From a virus (Duplodnaviria; Heunggongvirae; Uroviricota; Caudoviricetes): 43,491 nucleotides of DNA. The stretch is from the IMG/VR virus record IMGVR_UViG_3300045972_000219. One strand, written 5' to 3'. The translations under genes were made by a program, and so were the position numbers. Under the pieces are notes generated by a model, which had not been told where the DNA came from, did no database searches, and worked only from the letters and a program-made list of their open reading frames with translations. This document shows positions 9,114 to 19,507 of this stretch, piece after piece (position 1 is the stretch's first letter; the number at the start of each line of letters is the position of its first letter).

Positions 9114-12026
9114 ATGACAATGGTAAATACTGGCTATAAAGTTGGATCAACTGATTTAGCCTCATTAATCGATACAAATGTAGCTGCAGCATTGGTAACT
9201 CCAAATGCTAGATTGGACACTATAGATTCTAGATTGACCACTGTAGATTCATCTCTTGTTACAATTAATGGTAGTATATCCACTATTCAAAAAGATGTAT
9301 TATCTGCAGGAAAAGATGTTGCAACTCTTAAGACTCCAATATATGGAATAGATACAACCGATCCTAGAACTCTTCAATTTGATGGGTCAGGTCTATTTTG
9401 CTCCAGATCAAATGGTGGTCAGATGATCACTGGTGCTAATGGAGTGTTATTACATTATGATGATTGGAATCAGTGGACACACTATTCTCCAAATGGAAGT
9501 ACGTGGTTTGCAATTAATCTACCTGCAAAACTACCAGAAATTGCAATAACTGCAATGAGTGTTAGTAATGGAAATTTAACTATAACAACAGCGACTCCTC
9601 ATGGGCGAAAATATCCAGATAGGGTATGCATCAAAGGGGTAGTTGGACCCACTGAACTTAATTTTAGGTCAGTACCAGCACCAACATCAGGTAATGTATA
9701 CTACACTGATAATCATAGTTCATATACCGTGCAATCTGTTACAGCTAATACTATAACATTTACTCATGCTGCACTGTCAACTGCATATATTGGCGGTGGC
9801 GTAATTGCTGAAGAAACAGGCTGGAGTGCTGGAGTTGCGGCAGTGGGTAACTGTTTTTTTGCAACTACAAGAGGTAGTTCTACATTATGGATGTCTCATG
9901 ACTGTGTAAATTGGTTTGACATGGGAGCTAGCTTCCCAAGAAATTCAGAAGAAAGTTATTTGGGTCAGGCTACATACGGGCATGGAATGAGATATTGTAA
10001 TGGTAAATATTTCTATCTAGCTTCAAATGGAGTATATGAAGTACATGGTATAGAAGACTATTCTTTTGATGATTGGGATACTTATTCATGGATTCAAGGT
10101 CCACTTTCTAAGACTCTGATAATTAGCTATTCATGTAATTCATATACTAGTATGTATCATACTGAAACAACTAACAAATATGTTTTAATTACTCAAATGG
10201 TTGGAGCTAAACCATATGGTATTATGGGTGATAGTGTAAATCCTCTATTACCATGGACTAATATCTCTGTACCAACTCCAATTACAATTAGAATAACTAA
10301 TGTTACTAAATCGACAAGTGCAGTATTTACTGCACCTGGTCATAAGTTCCTTCCGGGAGATGAGTTTCATATACCTACTCAATCTTCTCCTATGGGAATG
10401 ACACAATTAGGTTATAACTGGTATAAAGTTGTAGATTTAATTGGAAGCGATCAGTTTACATGTTATTCAACAAATCCGTATAATGGTCCGATTCTAAATA
10501 CATCAACATTTAATGCATTTATTAATACTAATGCTGCACCAGTAATGGCAACCCCTTATTTAAGAAATGAAGAATTTACAGTATTTAGAGATAAATTAAT
10601 TTACCATAGTTCTGAGGAAGAGAATTATTTTTATTCCGTAGATGGTATTAATTGGACTCAGCAGCTGTTAGACCTAAGTAGTTATCACGCAATTGTTGGA
10701 AGGTTTTCTTTAATATCTGATGAAAACCCTGGACATTTTGGTCATCGTAAAGTATATAATAATGAAGATACAGTATTTTCCTTTGCATCAGTGATGTATG
10801 ATACAGTGCCTCCAAGTGGAGATTATGTATTATTACAATCCCAAGATGGTATTAACTGGATTATAACTGATATTAAAACATCAGGTGGAGAATATCCATT
10901 ATGTTATATACCTCATGCAAAAAGATTTGTTATATCAACTGACTATGATAAATGGTATTGGATTGGTAAAGTTACTGAATCTCCTATATTTACAGGATCC
11001 CCTATAGCTCCTACCGCAGTTAGTGGTACATCTACTAATCAGATAGCCACTACTAAGTTTGTACAAAATAGTATAACTGCAAGTATGCCAGCTATAACCT
11101 ATGCAGTAGCAACTGCAATATCTTCAGCATCAATATCTGGATTAAATGTTACTGGTAGTTCCACGCTAGGTACAGTTTCTATATCAAATACACTAGCTGT
11201 AACAAATGATTCATCATTTAATGATGTTGATATCAACGGTAGATTTACAGTATATGGTAGTATATCATCTTTTCAGAATGTAACTGTTGGTGGAACATTA
11301 GATGCAATTGGTGCAGTAGACCTTCATAGTACTCTAAACGTACAGGCGACATCATCACTTTTAGACACCACTATTACAGGTATGCTGACTCTAACTGGTG
11401 CTATAAAACGTACTACTGGTACGTCATCATCTTATCTGTTACAGCAAGATGGTACAGGTAGAATTAACTGGTACTGGAATACATCTGGTGGGCTTAGTCC
11501 CACATTCCTAGTAGGTGCAGAAGATGCTTCAGCATTAACTATTTCTTCAACAAATACTGATGGCGGTATGTTTCAGCATAGATCTGCAAATGGTATAGGC
11601 AAAAATGCAGGTGATGCAATTGCATGGACTACTACAGTATACTGCGATCTAAATAAATTTACATATAAAAATTCAGATGTTATCACTGAGTCTAATTTTA
11701 TATCTAAAGCAGCTATAGTTGGAATTAAACCAACCCTAACTGATGGATATGCAGTTAATGCAGCTTTAGTTAGTGCTCAATTAAATCACACTCATTTCAT
11801 GCAGTTTACACAAGCATCATCCATAATGCTACCTGCTAATCCAGCTCAGTTTGATAAAGTAAAATTTGTCGATATGATTGGAAATGCGGCCACATATAAT
11901 GTGACTATTAATGGTAATGGAAAAAGGATAATGAATTCAGCAAGTAATTTAATTATATCTACAAATAATGCAGTAGTTGAATTAACCTATACTACCGATC
12001 CTTATGGTTGGGTTATATCAGGTTAA
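9114..12026 (+). CDS. tail fibre / receptor-binding protein
   Basis: N-terminal coiled coil, SxDGxxW (BNR-like) repeats, fibre motif SPIFTGSPIAPT...TNQIATTKFV, C-terminal T4 gp34-like repeat LPANPAQFDKVKFVD. Confidence 0.8.
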   Translation: MTMVNTGYKVGSTDLASLIDTNVAAALVTPNARLDTIDSRLTTVDSSLVTINGSISTIQKDVLSAGKDVATLKTPIYGIDTTDPRTLQFDGSGLFCSRSNGGQMITGANGVLLHYDDWNQWTHYSPNGSTWFAINLPAKLPEIAITAMSVSNGNLTITTATPHGRKYPDRVCIKGVVGPTELNFRSVPAPTSGNVYYTDNHSSYTVQSVTANTITFTHAALSTAYIGGGVIAEETGWSAGVAAVGNCFFATTRGSSTLWMSHDCVNWFDMGASFPRNSEESYLGQATYGHGMRYCNGKYFYLASNGVYEVHGIEDYSFDDWDTYSWIQGPLSKTLIISYSCNSYTSMYHTETTNKYVLITQMVGAKPYGIMGDSVNPLLPWTNISVPTPITIRITNVTKSTSAVFTAPGHKFLPGDEFHIPTQSSPMGMTQLGYNWYKVVDLIGSDQFTCYSTNPYNGPILNTSTFNAFINTNAAPVMATPYLRNEEFTVFRDKLIYHSSEEENYFYSVDGINWTQQLLDLSSYHAIVGRFSLISDENPGHFGHRKVYNNEDTVFSFASVMYDTVPPSGDYVLLQSQDGINWIITDIKTSGGEYPLCYIPHAKRFVISTDYDKWYWIGKVTESPIFTGSPIAPTAVSGTSTNQIATTKFVQNSITASMPAITYAVATAISSASISGLNVTGSSTLGTVSISNTLAVTNDSSFNDVDINGRFTVYGSISSFQNVTVGGTLDAIGAVDLHSTLNVQATSSLLDTTITGMLTLTGAIKRTTGTSSSYLLQQDGTGRINWYWNTSGGLSPTFLVGAEDASALTISSTNTDGGMFQHRSANGIGKNAGDAIAWTTTVYCDLNKFTYKNSDVITESNFISKAAIVGIKPTLTDGYAVNAALVSAQLNHTHFMQFTQASSIMLPANPAQFDKVKFVDMIGNAATYNVTINGNGKRIMNSASNLIISTNNAVVELTYTTDPYGWVISG

Positions 12027-12033
12027 CTATCAC

Positions 12034-12079
12034 AATAGCAGAACTGACCGTCATAGTCAGTTCTGCTATTTTATTTTTT
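12034..12079 (+). terminator. intrinsic terminator
   Basis: aatagcagaactgac-cgtcata-gtcagttctgctatt followed by a T-rich tail. Confidence 0.85.
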
Positions 12080-12121
12080 GAAGAACATATAATCAGGAAT
12101 AAAATAAATAGAGGTGACGTC

Positions 12122-12670
12122 ATGCCTATTATCAAAAAGCAAAATACACACTTATTGAAAAAGATACCAACTTCCATAGAGACTTCTGTCCCAAATACAA
12201 CTTATCTTGAAAGACGTATTCAGAATAGAATACATGTAGGTGTAGTTGGAGATGACTTTCCAGCTAATCCTCTTGTTGGAGATGTGTGGAAAGATATTAA
12301 AAATGTAGCAAGTGGCGGAACTCCTATTCAGTGGCAATGTACTAGTATAAATCTAGTTGATGGTTCAGGTAATTGGGAATTGTTTTTAGATCTGAGAACT
12401 GCAGATACTCCTGTTACTATCAGCGATATAGATTATTCTAATATATTTGCACGTTTAGGGATTCTTGAAGGCTTAGTACATGCAATGGACTTAGTGTATT
12501 GTGCTGTTGAATTTACTCCATTAATGGCTAAGTACTCACCTAAGGGTCATATTTTTGATGAACATCCAGAGTTTTTAAGTGTATACGAGCAATTCGTAGT
12601 TCTTGACGATCTACTAGGTAGAATTGAAAGAAAAACGTATGAATATGCTACAGGTGGAGGATTAGCTTAA
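12122..12670 (+). CDS. tail fibre-associated protein
   Basis: GAGGTG RBS before ATG 12122; PANPLVGDVW fibre-type motif. Confidence 0.7.
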   Translation: MPIIKKQNTHLLKKIPTSIETSVPNTTYLERRIQNRIHVGVVGDDFPANPLVGDVWKDIKNVASGGTPIQWQCTSINLVDGSGNWELFLDLRTADTPVTISDIDYSNIFARLGILEGLVHAMDLVYCAVEFTPLMAKYSPKGHIFDEHPEFLSVYEQFVVLDDLLGRIERKTYEYATGGGLA

Positions 12671-12864
12671 TGATAACTTACTATAATAAGCAAGAAGTCA
12701 ATGATCTTTTACTAACTAAAGAGTTAAAAGGTCATACTCATACTGATGAAATAACTACAGTTACTACTATTGAAAGTGGATTAATTGCTAAAAGAAATAT
12801 ATTATTAACTAAGTTAAGCACTATAAATACTAGTCTGAACTCACAATTTTTTCCGACTATTTAA
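12670..12864 (+). CDS. small tail fibre-associated protein
   Basis: GGAGG RBS, TAATG coupling; YYNKQEVNDLL..K..GHTH motif. Confidence 0.7.
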   Translation: MITYYNKQEVNDLLLTKELKGHTHTDEITTVTTIESGLIAKRNILLTKLSTINTSLNSQFFPTI

Positions 12865-12879
12865 ATTAGGAGCAATCCA

Positions 12880-13914
12880 ATGGCAGATATACGAGATTTT
12901 CATGATCATCTTCCATTTAATGAACTTATACCTACTTCCAAATCTCTAGCATATCTGACAAAAGAAGAAGTAGATATAACATTAAATAACTATGATGATG
13001 TAGGGCATAAACATCTATTAGATCTGACTAGTAATTCTGATAATTTCAATCAGAGAATAGATGATATCATGGATCTGTTGACTGAAGTCTATGATAATGG
13101 ACACGGTCAAGGTAATTTTTATGATAAACTCGATGTAGATGAGATAATGAATAATCTATCTAATGTAGATCATACACATGATTTTTCAGTTATGCAAAAT
13201 ACAACACCTGAAGATATATCTATTATCATTGATGATTTGATTCATAACATCCATCCACAAAGTGATGTTCAATTAGATAGTAATGATAATCTAGTAGTTA
13301 CTTCAAATACTGGCAATCTACTGATAACTGATTCTATACGGATAGTGGATCCTAACAATCCGAATATTCCTGACTGGAATGGAATTACCTATACTAATGG
13401 ACTTCATTTTAATTCATGTTATATTGCTGATAACTTTATAGATATATCGTACTATGAAAATAATACTAAAAAATATCTATTTAGTAGCGAATCTTTTTTA
13501 GGAAGTTTCACATCTCCAAGTACATTGATTGATAGTATAGAAATTAATTCAAATTTATGTAATATAACTGATCGTGAATTTTTAAATCTCAATAATGGTC
13601 AGCTAATACTAGGTGGTGGTTTCAGTAAAGTAGTATTTAATAACGTTACAGCTTCATCATTTAATGTACCATCAGCTAGTAGATTTAAGAAAGATATTTC
13701 GTTTGTAAATGATTGCATGTCTAAAATTCTAGACATGAAAGTTTACAAATTTAAGTACAATGGATCTAATGATACTAGAATAGGTTTTATGGAAGATGAA
13801 ATAGAAGCTCCTTTATCGCATGATAAAACAATAAGTTTATCCTCAGTCATGGCAGTAGCATTAGGTGCTTTAAAAGAGCTATTTACTGAAAACCAGACAA
13901 TGGTAGGTGCATAA
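12880..13914 (+). CDS. fibre protein with C-terminal peptidase S74 intramolecular chaperone
   Basis: SASRFKKDI...IGFMEDE...ALKEL. Confidence 0.75.
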   Translation: MADIRDFHDHLPFNELIPTSKSLAYLTKEEVDITLNNYDDVGHKHLLDLTSNSDNFNQRIDDIMDLLTEVYDNGHGQGNFYDKLDVDEIMNNLSNVDHTHDFSVMQNTTPEDISIIIDDLIHNIHPQSDVQLDSNDNLVVTSNTGNLLITDSIRIVDPNNPNIPDWNGITYTNGLHFNSCYIADNFIDISYYENNTKKYLFSSESFLGSFTSPSTLIDSIEINSNLCNITDREFLNLNNGQLILGGGFSKVVFNNVTASSFNVPSASRFKKDISFVNDCMSKILDMKVYKFKYNGSNDTRIGFMEDEIEAPLSHDKTISLSSVMAVALGALKELFTENQTMVGA

Positions 13915-14756
13915 TGGAAATAACACCGAATATTGATAAATACAGAGTATCAAATTATTTCTATATTGAAAATGATATTATAGAAACACTTACTGGTAAA
14001 TCAGATCTAATTCATCTACATCCAGAAGTTTTAGAATATGATAATATGGTAATTGATGCAATATCTGATATTATAGATTTATCACCAGATCTATATAGTG
14101 ACAAAATAGCTAATCCACTAGGATTGACCATTAGATATGGTGATGCATCAATACCAACGAGTGATCCAGAAATAATAATTAATAGTGGTAAATCTATAAA
14201 ATTAGGTGAAATACAATCTACGAGTATTGATATCATTGGACCTAGCAGTGGTAATGATGTTTTAACTATTAGTGGAGCTAATCCTCAGATGTCTTGGAGT
14301 GGTAGACATTATCTAAATATTCACACGATGAGTCATGTTACAATTAATAGTATTCCAGAATTACCCATAGGTAGAATATATCTTAATAATAGTCAAGCTA
14401 TGACTATTGATTTAGATTTACATTCAGTTTCATTTCCACTCACTATAAATGAAGTTCACATTCCAGTAGATGTGACTGGTACTGAATTTAGTTCAGTATC
14501 ATCTGTAAAATTCAAAAAGAATATAAGTAAATTCTCAATGAAAGTTAAAGAAGTGTTAGATACTGTCACTACTGCATCTTATTCATATATAAATGAGTCT
14601 CAAAAAAGAATAGGATTGATTGCAGATAATTTACATAAAATCATATCTGGCGAGAGTCAAGATCATGTAGATGTAAATAATGCAATTATGTGCGCAGTTT
14701 TAGCAATTCAAGAGATTGCAGACCTCCAAGATAAAATTTTACAGGAGGCTAAATAA
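13914..14756 (+). CDS. fibre protein with C-terminal peptidase S74 intramolecular chaperone
   Basis: SSVKFKKNI...IGLIAD...AIQEI. Confidence 0.75.
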   Translation: MEITPNIDKYRVSNYFYIENDIIETLTGKSDLIHLHPEVLEYDNMVIDAISDIIDLSPDLYSDKIANPLGLTIRYGDASIPTSDPEIIINSGKSIKLGEIQSTSIDIIGPSSGNDVLTISGANPQMSWSGRHYLNIHTMSHVTINSIPELPIGRIYLNNSQAMTIDLDLHSVSFPLTINEVHIPVDVTGTEFSSVSSVKFKKNISKFSMKVKEVLDTVTTASYSYINESQKRIGLIADNLHKIISGESQDHVDVNNAIMCAVLAIQEIADLQDKILQEAK

Positions 14757-15604
14757 TGAATATTTATTTAAGTAAATCAGAAATAGATAGCTTAGTATCT
14801 CTTAAGGCTCCTGCTGATCATTTTTCAATTCATCCAGAGATTGATCTTGATCCAACAAGTGCAGTTACAAACACAGTTAATCAGTTTATTGACAAATCAA
14901 TAGGTAACGTCAATACTGATATAGTGGGAGGAAGATTAAAATTTAAAATTACTAGTCTTACAGGAAGTGCCATTACTAACGTAGTTAAAGTTAAAAATGT
15001 GAATGATAATACATCATCTACATTTATAAATAGTAGCAATAATCTAGAGATTGAAATGAACGACAGCATAGTCAACAGTCCTCTAGATTCAATTACTCTT
15101 ACAAATGGAACTGACAACTTAGTAATTACTAAAGATGGAATAACATCTAGTATGAATTTTAATATTATCAAAGCTACATTAAGAGATTCAGCAATTTCAT
15201 ATTCATTTAATGATGTTCATTTGTATAAAATGGGTGTATTTAATCCATTGAAAATTATTCCTATAATGAATGATCTTCACTTTAACTCAGATGCAACTTT
15301 TTATCAACCACTATTTGCATCATCGTTTAATACAATATCTTCTAAAGAGTTTAAAAATTCAATTAGTGAGTTTAAAGAGTCTGCATTAGATATTCTTAGA
15401 AAAGTAAATATCATATCTTTTAATTACCTAAATGAAAATGATTCTGAAAGTCATCTAGGTGTTATAGCTGAAAACGAAGATACTGTTATATCTGGAGTCA
15501 ATCAAGATAAAATTGATTTACCTAATATGGTAGGACTAATCGTTAAAGCTATACAAGAATTAAAAGAAAGACAGAATCTGATAAATTCATTACAGGGGGC
15601 GTAA
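14756..15604 (+). CDS. fibre protein with C-terminal peptidase S74 intramolecular chaperone
   Basis: SSKEFKNSI...LGVIAE...VKAIQEL. Confidence 0.78.
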   Translation: MNIYLSKSEIDSLVSLKAPADHFSIHPEIDLDPTSAVTNTVNQFIDKSIGNVNTDIVGGRLKFKITSLTGSAITNVVKVKNVNDNTSSTFINSSNNLEIEMNDSIVNSPLDSITLTNGTDNLVITKDGITSSMNFNIIKATLRDSAISYSFNDVHLYKMGVFNPLKIIPIMNDLHFNSDATFYQPLFASSFNTISSKEFKNSISEFKESALDILRKVNIISFNYLNENDSESHLGVIAENEDTVISGVNQDKIDLPNMVGLIVKAIQELKERQNLINSLQGA

Positions 15605-15605
15605 T

Positions 15606-16028
15606 ATGACGATTATATTAGCCCCTGATAGTGCAGATACATCTATCTTATTTGTATCAAGACTATCTAATATTGCAACTATTGAAACTCAGTCTGATCA
15701 TAATCTTCTAGATGGATATGAAGTTATGATAAGGAATGTAGGTGATGAGAGTTTTAATATTACTGGTAACGTTGAATCAGTGATATCTAGTAATATTTTT
15801 ACATTAATGTGTAAAGGTCATAATAAAAATAGAACACCTGAATCGGGTAGTATATTAGGTGGATATGCATCTGAATACTTTAATTATCCACATAAAACTA
15901 AAGTTCTATCTGGTGTTCTATATGGACATAAGAATAGTTTAAAGGGTGAATTGAATCCAAAAAACTATGTCAATTCAGCTGATCTTAAATCTACATTAGT
16001 TGATAAAACTGATATGAAGGAGGGGTAA
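15606..16028 (+). CDS. tail-associated protein with an FCCH-like beta module
   Basis: ATIETQSDHNLLDGYEVMI resembles modules in 9114..12026. Confidence 0.6.
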   Translation: MTIILAPDSADTSILFVSRLSNIATIETQSDHNLLDGYEVMIRNVGDESFNITGNVESVISSNIFTLMCKGHNKNRTPESGSILGGYASEYFNYPHKTKVLSGVLYGHKNSLKGELNPKNYVNSADLKSTLVDKTDMKEG

Positions 16029-16031
16029 GTA

Positions 16032-16829
16032 GTGATTAATTACAGAGACGTTATATTAGATCCTACTGGATCCCCACTTGCTAATGTTGAAGTATATGTA
16101 TATAAACTTGATGCTAATAAGCATGAAAGCTTAGTACAACTTTTTGATATGGATGCCAATCCAATATCGCAGCCCTTGCATACTGATGAACTCGGAGAGT
16201 TTGAATTTCAAGTTCAAGATAATGGAAAGTATTCTGTAACTCTTCATAAAGATAGATTCAACAATGGTAATTTAAAAAAGATTTTCATAACGCTATTTAA
16301 TTTAGATGATGCTAAGTATACAGATATACCTATATTTGATACAGATCATCTTATCTTAAATAGCCTATTGAAATCTGGTATTTATATGGTAGATGCTGAA
16401 TCTGATCTTCTACCATTAAATACTAAGAAAGATGATATAGGAGTTATTAGAACTACAGGTAAAAAGTATTTAAAAATAAATAATACACATCCAAGTACGA
16501 TGTCTGATTGGATGACTCTCGACTTTGTTACATCAATCAACAATATGAGAGGGGATGTAATTTTAACTGCAGATGGAGTTTATGGATTTGATAATAAGGT
16601 TTTAAGTTTAGGTAATATACCTAATGGTATAGCTAAACTAGATGAGAATGGACTAGTTCCACCAGCTCAAATACCAAATTATATCCATACCCATACCAAA
16701 GAGCAAATTACTAACTTTAGTCACACTCATCCATTAAACGACCTAGTTATCACAGATTTGGATACAGGAGCGTCATATACGCTAACTGTAAGATCAGGTC
16801 AAATTCAACTAGATCCAGTTATAATCTAA
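16032..16829 (+). CDS. tail fibre-type protein
   Basis: N-terminal beta-sandwich (DPTGSPLANVEV...TDELGEF), GIAKLDENGLVPPAQIP, HTH repeats; GTG start after GGAGG. Confidence 0.7.
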   Translation: MINYRDVILDPTGSPLANVEVYVYKLDANKHESLVQLFDMDANPISQPLHTDELGEFEFQVQDNGKYSVTLHKDRFNNGNLKKIFITLFNLDDAKYTDIPIFDTDHLILNSLLKSGIYMVDAESDLLPLNTKKDDIGVIRTTGKKYLKINNTHPSTMSDWMTLDFVTSINNMRGDVILTADGVYGFDNKVLSLGNIPNGIAKLDENGLVPPAQIPNYIHTHTKEQITNFSHTHPLNDLVITDLDTGASYTLTVRSGQIQLDPVII

Positions 16830-16831
16830 AT

Positions 16832-16866
16832 ATAAGTGCATATACCATTATGGTATATGCACTTAT
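16832..16866. terminator. hairpin between convergent genes
   Basis: ataagtgcatatacc-attat-ggtatatgcacttat. Confidence 0.8.
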
Positions 16867-16869
16867 TTG

Positions 16870-18186
16870 TTACATGTATTCCCAACTTTTTTCTTTCTTC
16901 AATTTTTCATGTATTAGTTCTTCATTATCGACTTTATTTTCGACTTTGGGAATTTCTTCTTCTATGACTGTTTCCTCAACAACTTCATCTACAATCTCTT
17001 CCTGTACTGTAGGTTCTTCCATTTTAGCTACATATTCAATGACATCATCCATGTCACCTTCAATTATTACATGAGTTGGAGGTTCAACGATAGATATAGC
17101 TGGTGATAGACTATTGATTGTAATTTTTAAATCAGCTATTTCTGATTTAAGATCTTGATAAAGTATGTCAACTTTTCTATCAGTCGCATATAGTTTAGCT
17201 TTTAAATAAGTATTACCTTCACCCAAACCAGCCAGTCTAAGATCCATTTCTTCATAAGTTTTACAATCATGTACAGTTGATAAGTCAACTTTTATGGCAG
17301 CTAATTCGTCATTGATAGTCATTATACTGTCAGTTAAAGTTGTATCATACTCTACGCATTTATTAATCATATCTTTTATTTCTATCTCAGTATCCATTAA
17401 TCTTCCATTAAGATCATTAAGCTCCCAAGCAATCCCACAAGTTTCTTCTTTATCTTCATCAGACTTTTTATGAAGAGTCTTACTAGCAAATATGTATGTT
17501 CCAGATAGAGTTAGTAATATAGCTAGAGGATCAAGTACAGTTACTAATAGAAGAATTAAAGTGTTATAGATAGTCTGTCTAGACTTTCCGAATGAAGTAC
17601 TCATGTAATCAAGGAAGACATACTCTTTCTTTTTAGTACTGTCTTCAACCTTAGTCTCTTCAGTACTATTCATTTTGTCTAGGATAGCTTCTTCTCTAGC
17701 ATCAATCTGTTTTTTACGTCTATCAAACTTATTAATAAGTGTGACTCGTCCTTTAATTGATTCAGCTGGAAGGGATGCTATCTGTTTATCTATAGTTTCT
17801 CTTTCTTTTCTGACTGTTTCTAACTCTTTTTCTAGACGGGCTGATTGACTCGATGTTGCATTTTCCTGACGGATATAGTCTGCAACGTAATAGCTTAAAT
17901 GTACATATGTTGCAGTAGAAGATATGATTATTAATGCAACTACACTCATTGCCATATATGTCCGCATAGTCTTAGGTACGTGACTATCCTTACCATAGTG
18001 AAATAAGAATACTGCAGTGAATATTTTTGCAATCTCTAAAGCAACTCCTAACCCTAGTATACCATGATATAATTCCTTCTCAGGGAAAAATATCAATAAA
18101 CCGTGTATACCAAAGTAGGCTGATGCAATCGTTAATGCAACACCGGAAAGTATCATTAACAGACCTGAAAAATTTTTCATAAACAT
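16870..18186 (-). CDS. membrane protein with coiled coils and an acidic C-terminus
   Basis: About 3+1 hydrophobic helices flanking a coiled coil; AAGGAG RBS. Confidence 0.8.
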   Translation of the reverse strand: MFMKNFSGLLMILSGVALTIASAYFGIHGLLIFFPEKELYHGILGLGVALEIAKIFTAVFLFHYGKDSHVPKTMRTYMAMSVVALIIISSTATYVHLSYYVADYIRQENATSSQSARLEKELETVRKERETIDKQIASLPAESIKGRVTLINKFDRRKKQIDAREEAILDKMNSTEETKVEDSTKKKEYVFLDYMSTSFGKSRQTIYNTLILLLVTVLDPLAILLTLSGTYIFASKTLHKKSDEDKEETCGIAWELNDLNGRLMDTEIEIKDMINKCVEYDTTLTDSIMTINDELAAIKVDLSTVHDCKTYEEMDLRLAGLGEGNTYLKAKLYATDRKVDILYQDLKSEIADLKITINSLSPAISIVEPPTHVIIEGDMDDVIEYVAKMEEPTVQEEIVDEVVEETVIEEEIPKVENKVDNEELIHEKLKKEKSWEYM

Positions 18187-18276
18187 ATAATGCTCCTTTT
18201 ATAGACAGATAATCAATTCAATGTTTATCTACATATTATTTCTTTAGCTTAATCCAAACTAGTTAAAGGAGTTTAT

Positions 18277-18489
18277 ATGTCAAAGAAGAAAGAGCGTAAT
18301 GAAAGATATGCAGATCAGATTGATGGTATCACCACTAATGTCATAGATCTAGTTAAAGATGTTGCAATAGATTTCCTTAAGAGAAAAGTCAATAAACATG
18401 TACGTAAATTAAAGAAAAAGAAAAAACTTACAGTAATTGATTATAATTTAAAAGGTCAAATTGAAGACAATAGTAATTTTGAAGAGTAA
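18277..18489 (+). CDS. small basic hypothetical protein
   Basis: AAGGAG RBS; upstream ACATATTAT; downstream hairpin. Confidence 0.7.
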   Translation: MSKKKERNERYADQIDGITTNVIDLVKDVAIDFLKRKVNKHVRKLKKKKKLTVIDYNLKGQIEDNSNFEE

Positions 18490-18504
18490 TTTAGTTTAAT
18501 TAAA

Positions 18505-18538
18505 AATAGCTCACATACCTTGTGGTATGTGAGCTATT
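18505..18538. terminator. hairpin between convergent genes
   Basis: aatagctcacatacc-ttgt-ggtatgtgagctatt. Confidence 0.8.
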
Positions 18539-18539
18539 A

Positions 18540-18743
18540 TCAATCAGAGGATCTCTTAAGAGCGATTAGTTCTTTTTGATGAGTAGTTATATTATTACTT
18601 ATTTCTTTTCTTTTTTCAGCATCTTCTTCTTTTTTATATTTTTCCTCAAGTTCCTCAATATATCTTTCTTTAGCCTTAATTGCAAATTCTTTTGTCTGAG
18701 GAGACTCTAAAAAAATACAGTTTTCATATAGGGATATATTCAT
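18540..18743 (-). CDS. small coiled-coil hypothetical protein
   Basis: AGGT RBS; ends at the hairpin. Confidence 0.6.
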   Translation of the reverse strand: MNISLYENCIFLESPQTKEFAIKAKERYIEELEEKYKKEEDAEKRKEISNNITTHQKELIALKRSSD

Positions 18744-18797
18744 TAGTGTACCTACCTTATTATCTTACTTTTCCACCAAAGCTAATACATAGGATCA

Positions 18798-19499
18798 TCA
18801 GTAGACCCAGACTTTACGCATATTTGCACTTTTATGTCGCTTATTAGACCATAACTCAACAAGCTCATCCCTTTTATCTTGTGCAGACTCAAGTATTTCC
18901 GTATTTAAATTTAATTCACCAAATGTTGTATTAATGGTAGAAAAATATCTACGTATACCGTAAAGATCTATCTTAACATCATATTCAAACATTTTCATTA
19001 CTTGTTCTCTTAATCCCGGAGGAAGAGTAGCTGGAGAGTCATGCTTTACATGAAGAATAAACGTCATCCAATTAACACCCTGTGCGGGTATTGGAGATAT
19101 TTCCACCTGATTAGGTGGGTAGAATTCAAATGTTTGAGGATTCTCATAAAATGACTGTATGTCTTTGAGGGGCTGAGTATCAATAATTGAACCATAAATG
19201 ATACCCTTTCCATCAACAAACATACCAGCTATAGTACCTGGACTGCCTGCAACTAAATCTGCAACACGAATAATTTCGTGTGGAGTATTTAGATAGAATC
19301 TAGCACGATTACCAGGAACCCTTGCATCATTTACATTTATAGTAAGATCTATCTTACGTGGGAAATACACACTAATGGTCTTCAGTGTTTCTTCATTAAA
19401 TAGTCGTATTAGATCATCATCCGAAAGCTCTAAGTGTCTAACAGACGCACCAAGCTTTGACTTTACACGACTGATTAGATCAGATAGAGTTATAAACAT
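18798..19499 (-). CDS. neck / head-tail adaptor protein (T4 gp13-like)
   Basis: N-terminus LISRVKSKLGASVRHLELSDDDL resembles gp13-family N-termini. Confidence 0.65.
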   Translation of the reverse strand: MFITLSDLISRVKSKLGASVRHLELSDDDLIRLFNEETLKTISVYFPRKIDLTINVNDARVPGNRARFYLNTPHEIIRVADLVAGSPGTIAGMFVDGKGIIYGSIIDTQPLKDIQSFYENPQTFEFYPPNQVEISPIPAQGVNWMTFILHVKHDSPATLPPGLREQVMKMFEYDVKIDLYGIRRYFSTINTTFGELNLNTEILESAQDKRDELVELWSNKRHKSANMRKVWVY

Positions 19500-19507
19500 A
19501 ATTATCC

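Noticed and set aside
12008-12121. Extended N-terminus of the 220-aa ORF
   Set aside because: It crosses a terminator; the better start is ATG 12122 with its RBS
9114-16829. Diversity-generating retroelement or invertible fibre cassette
   Set aside because: No reverse transcriptase, recombinase or near-identical DNA repeats seen; the paralogs are highly diverged
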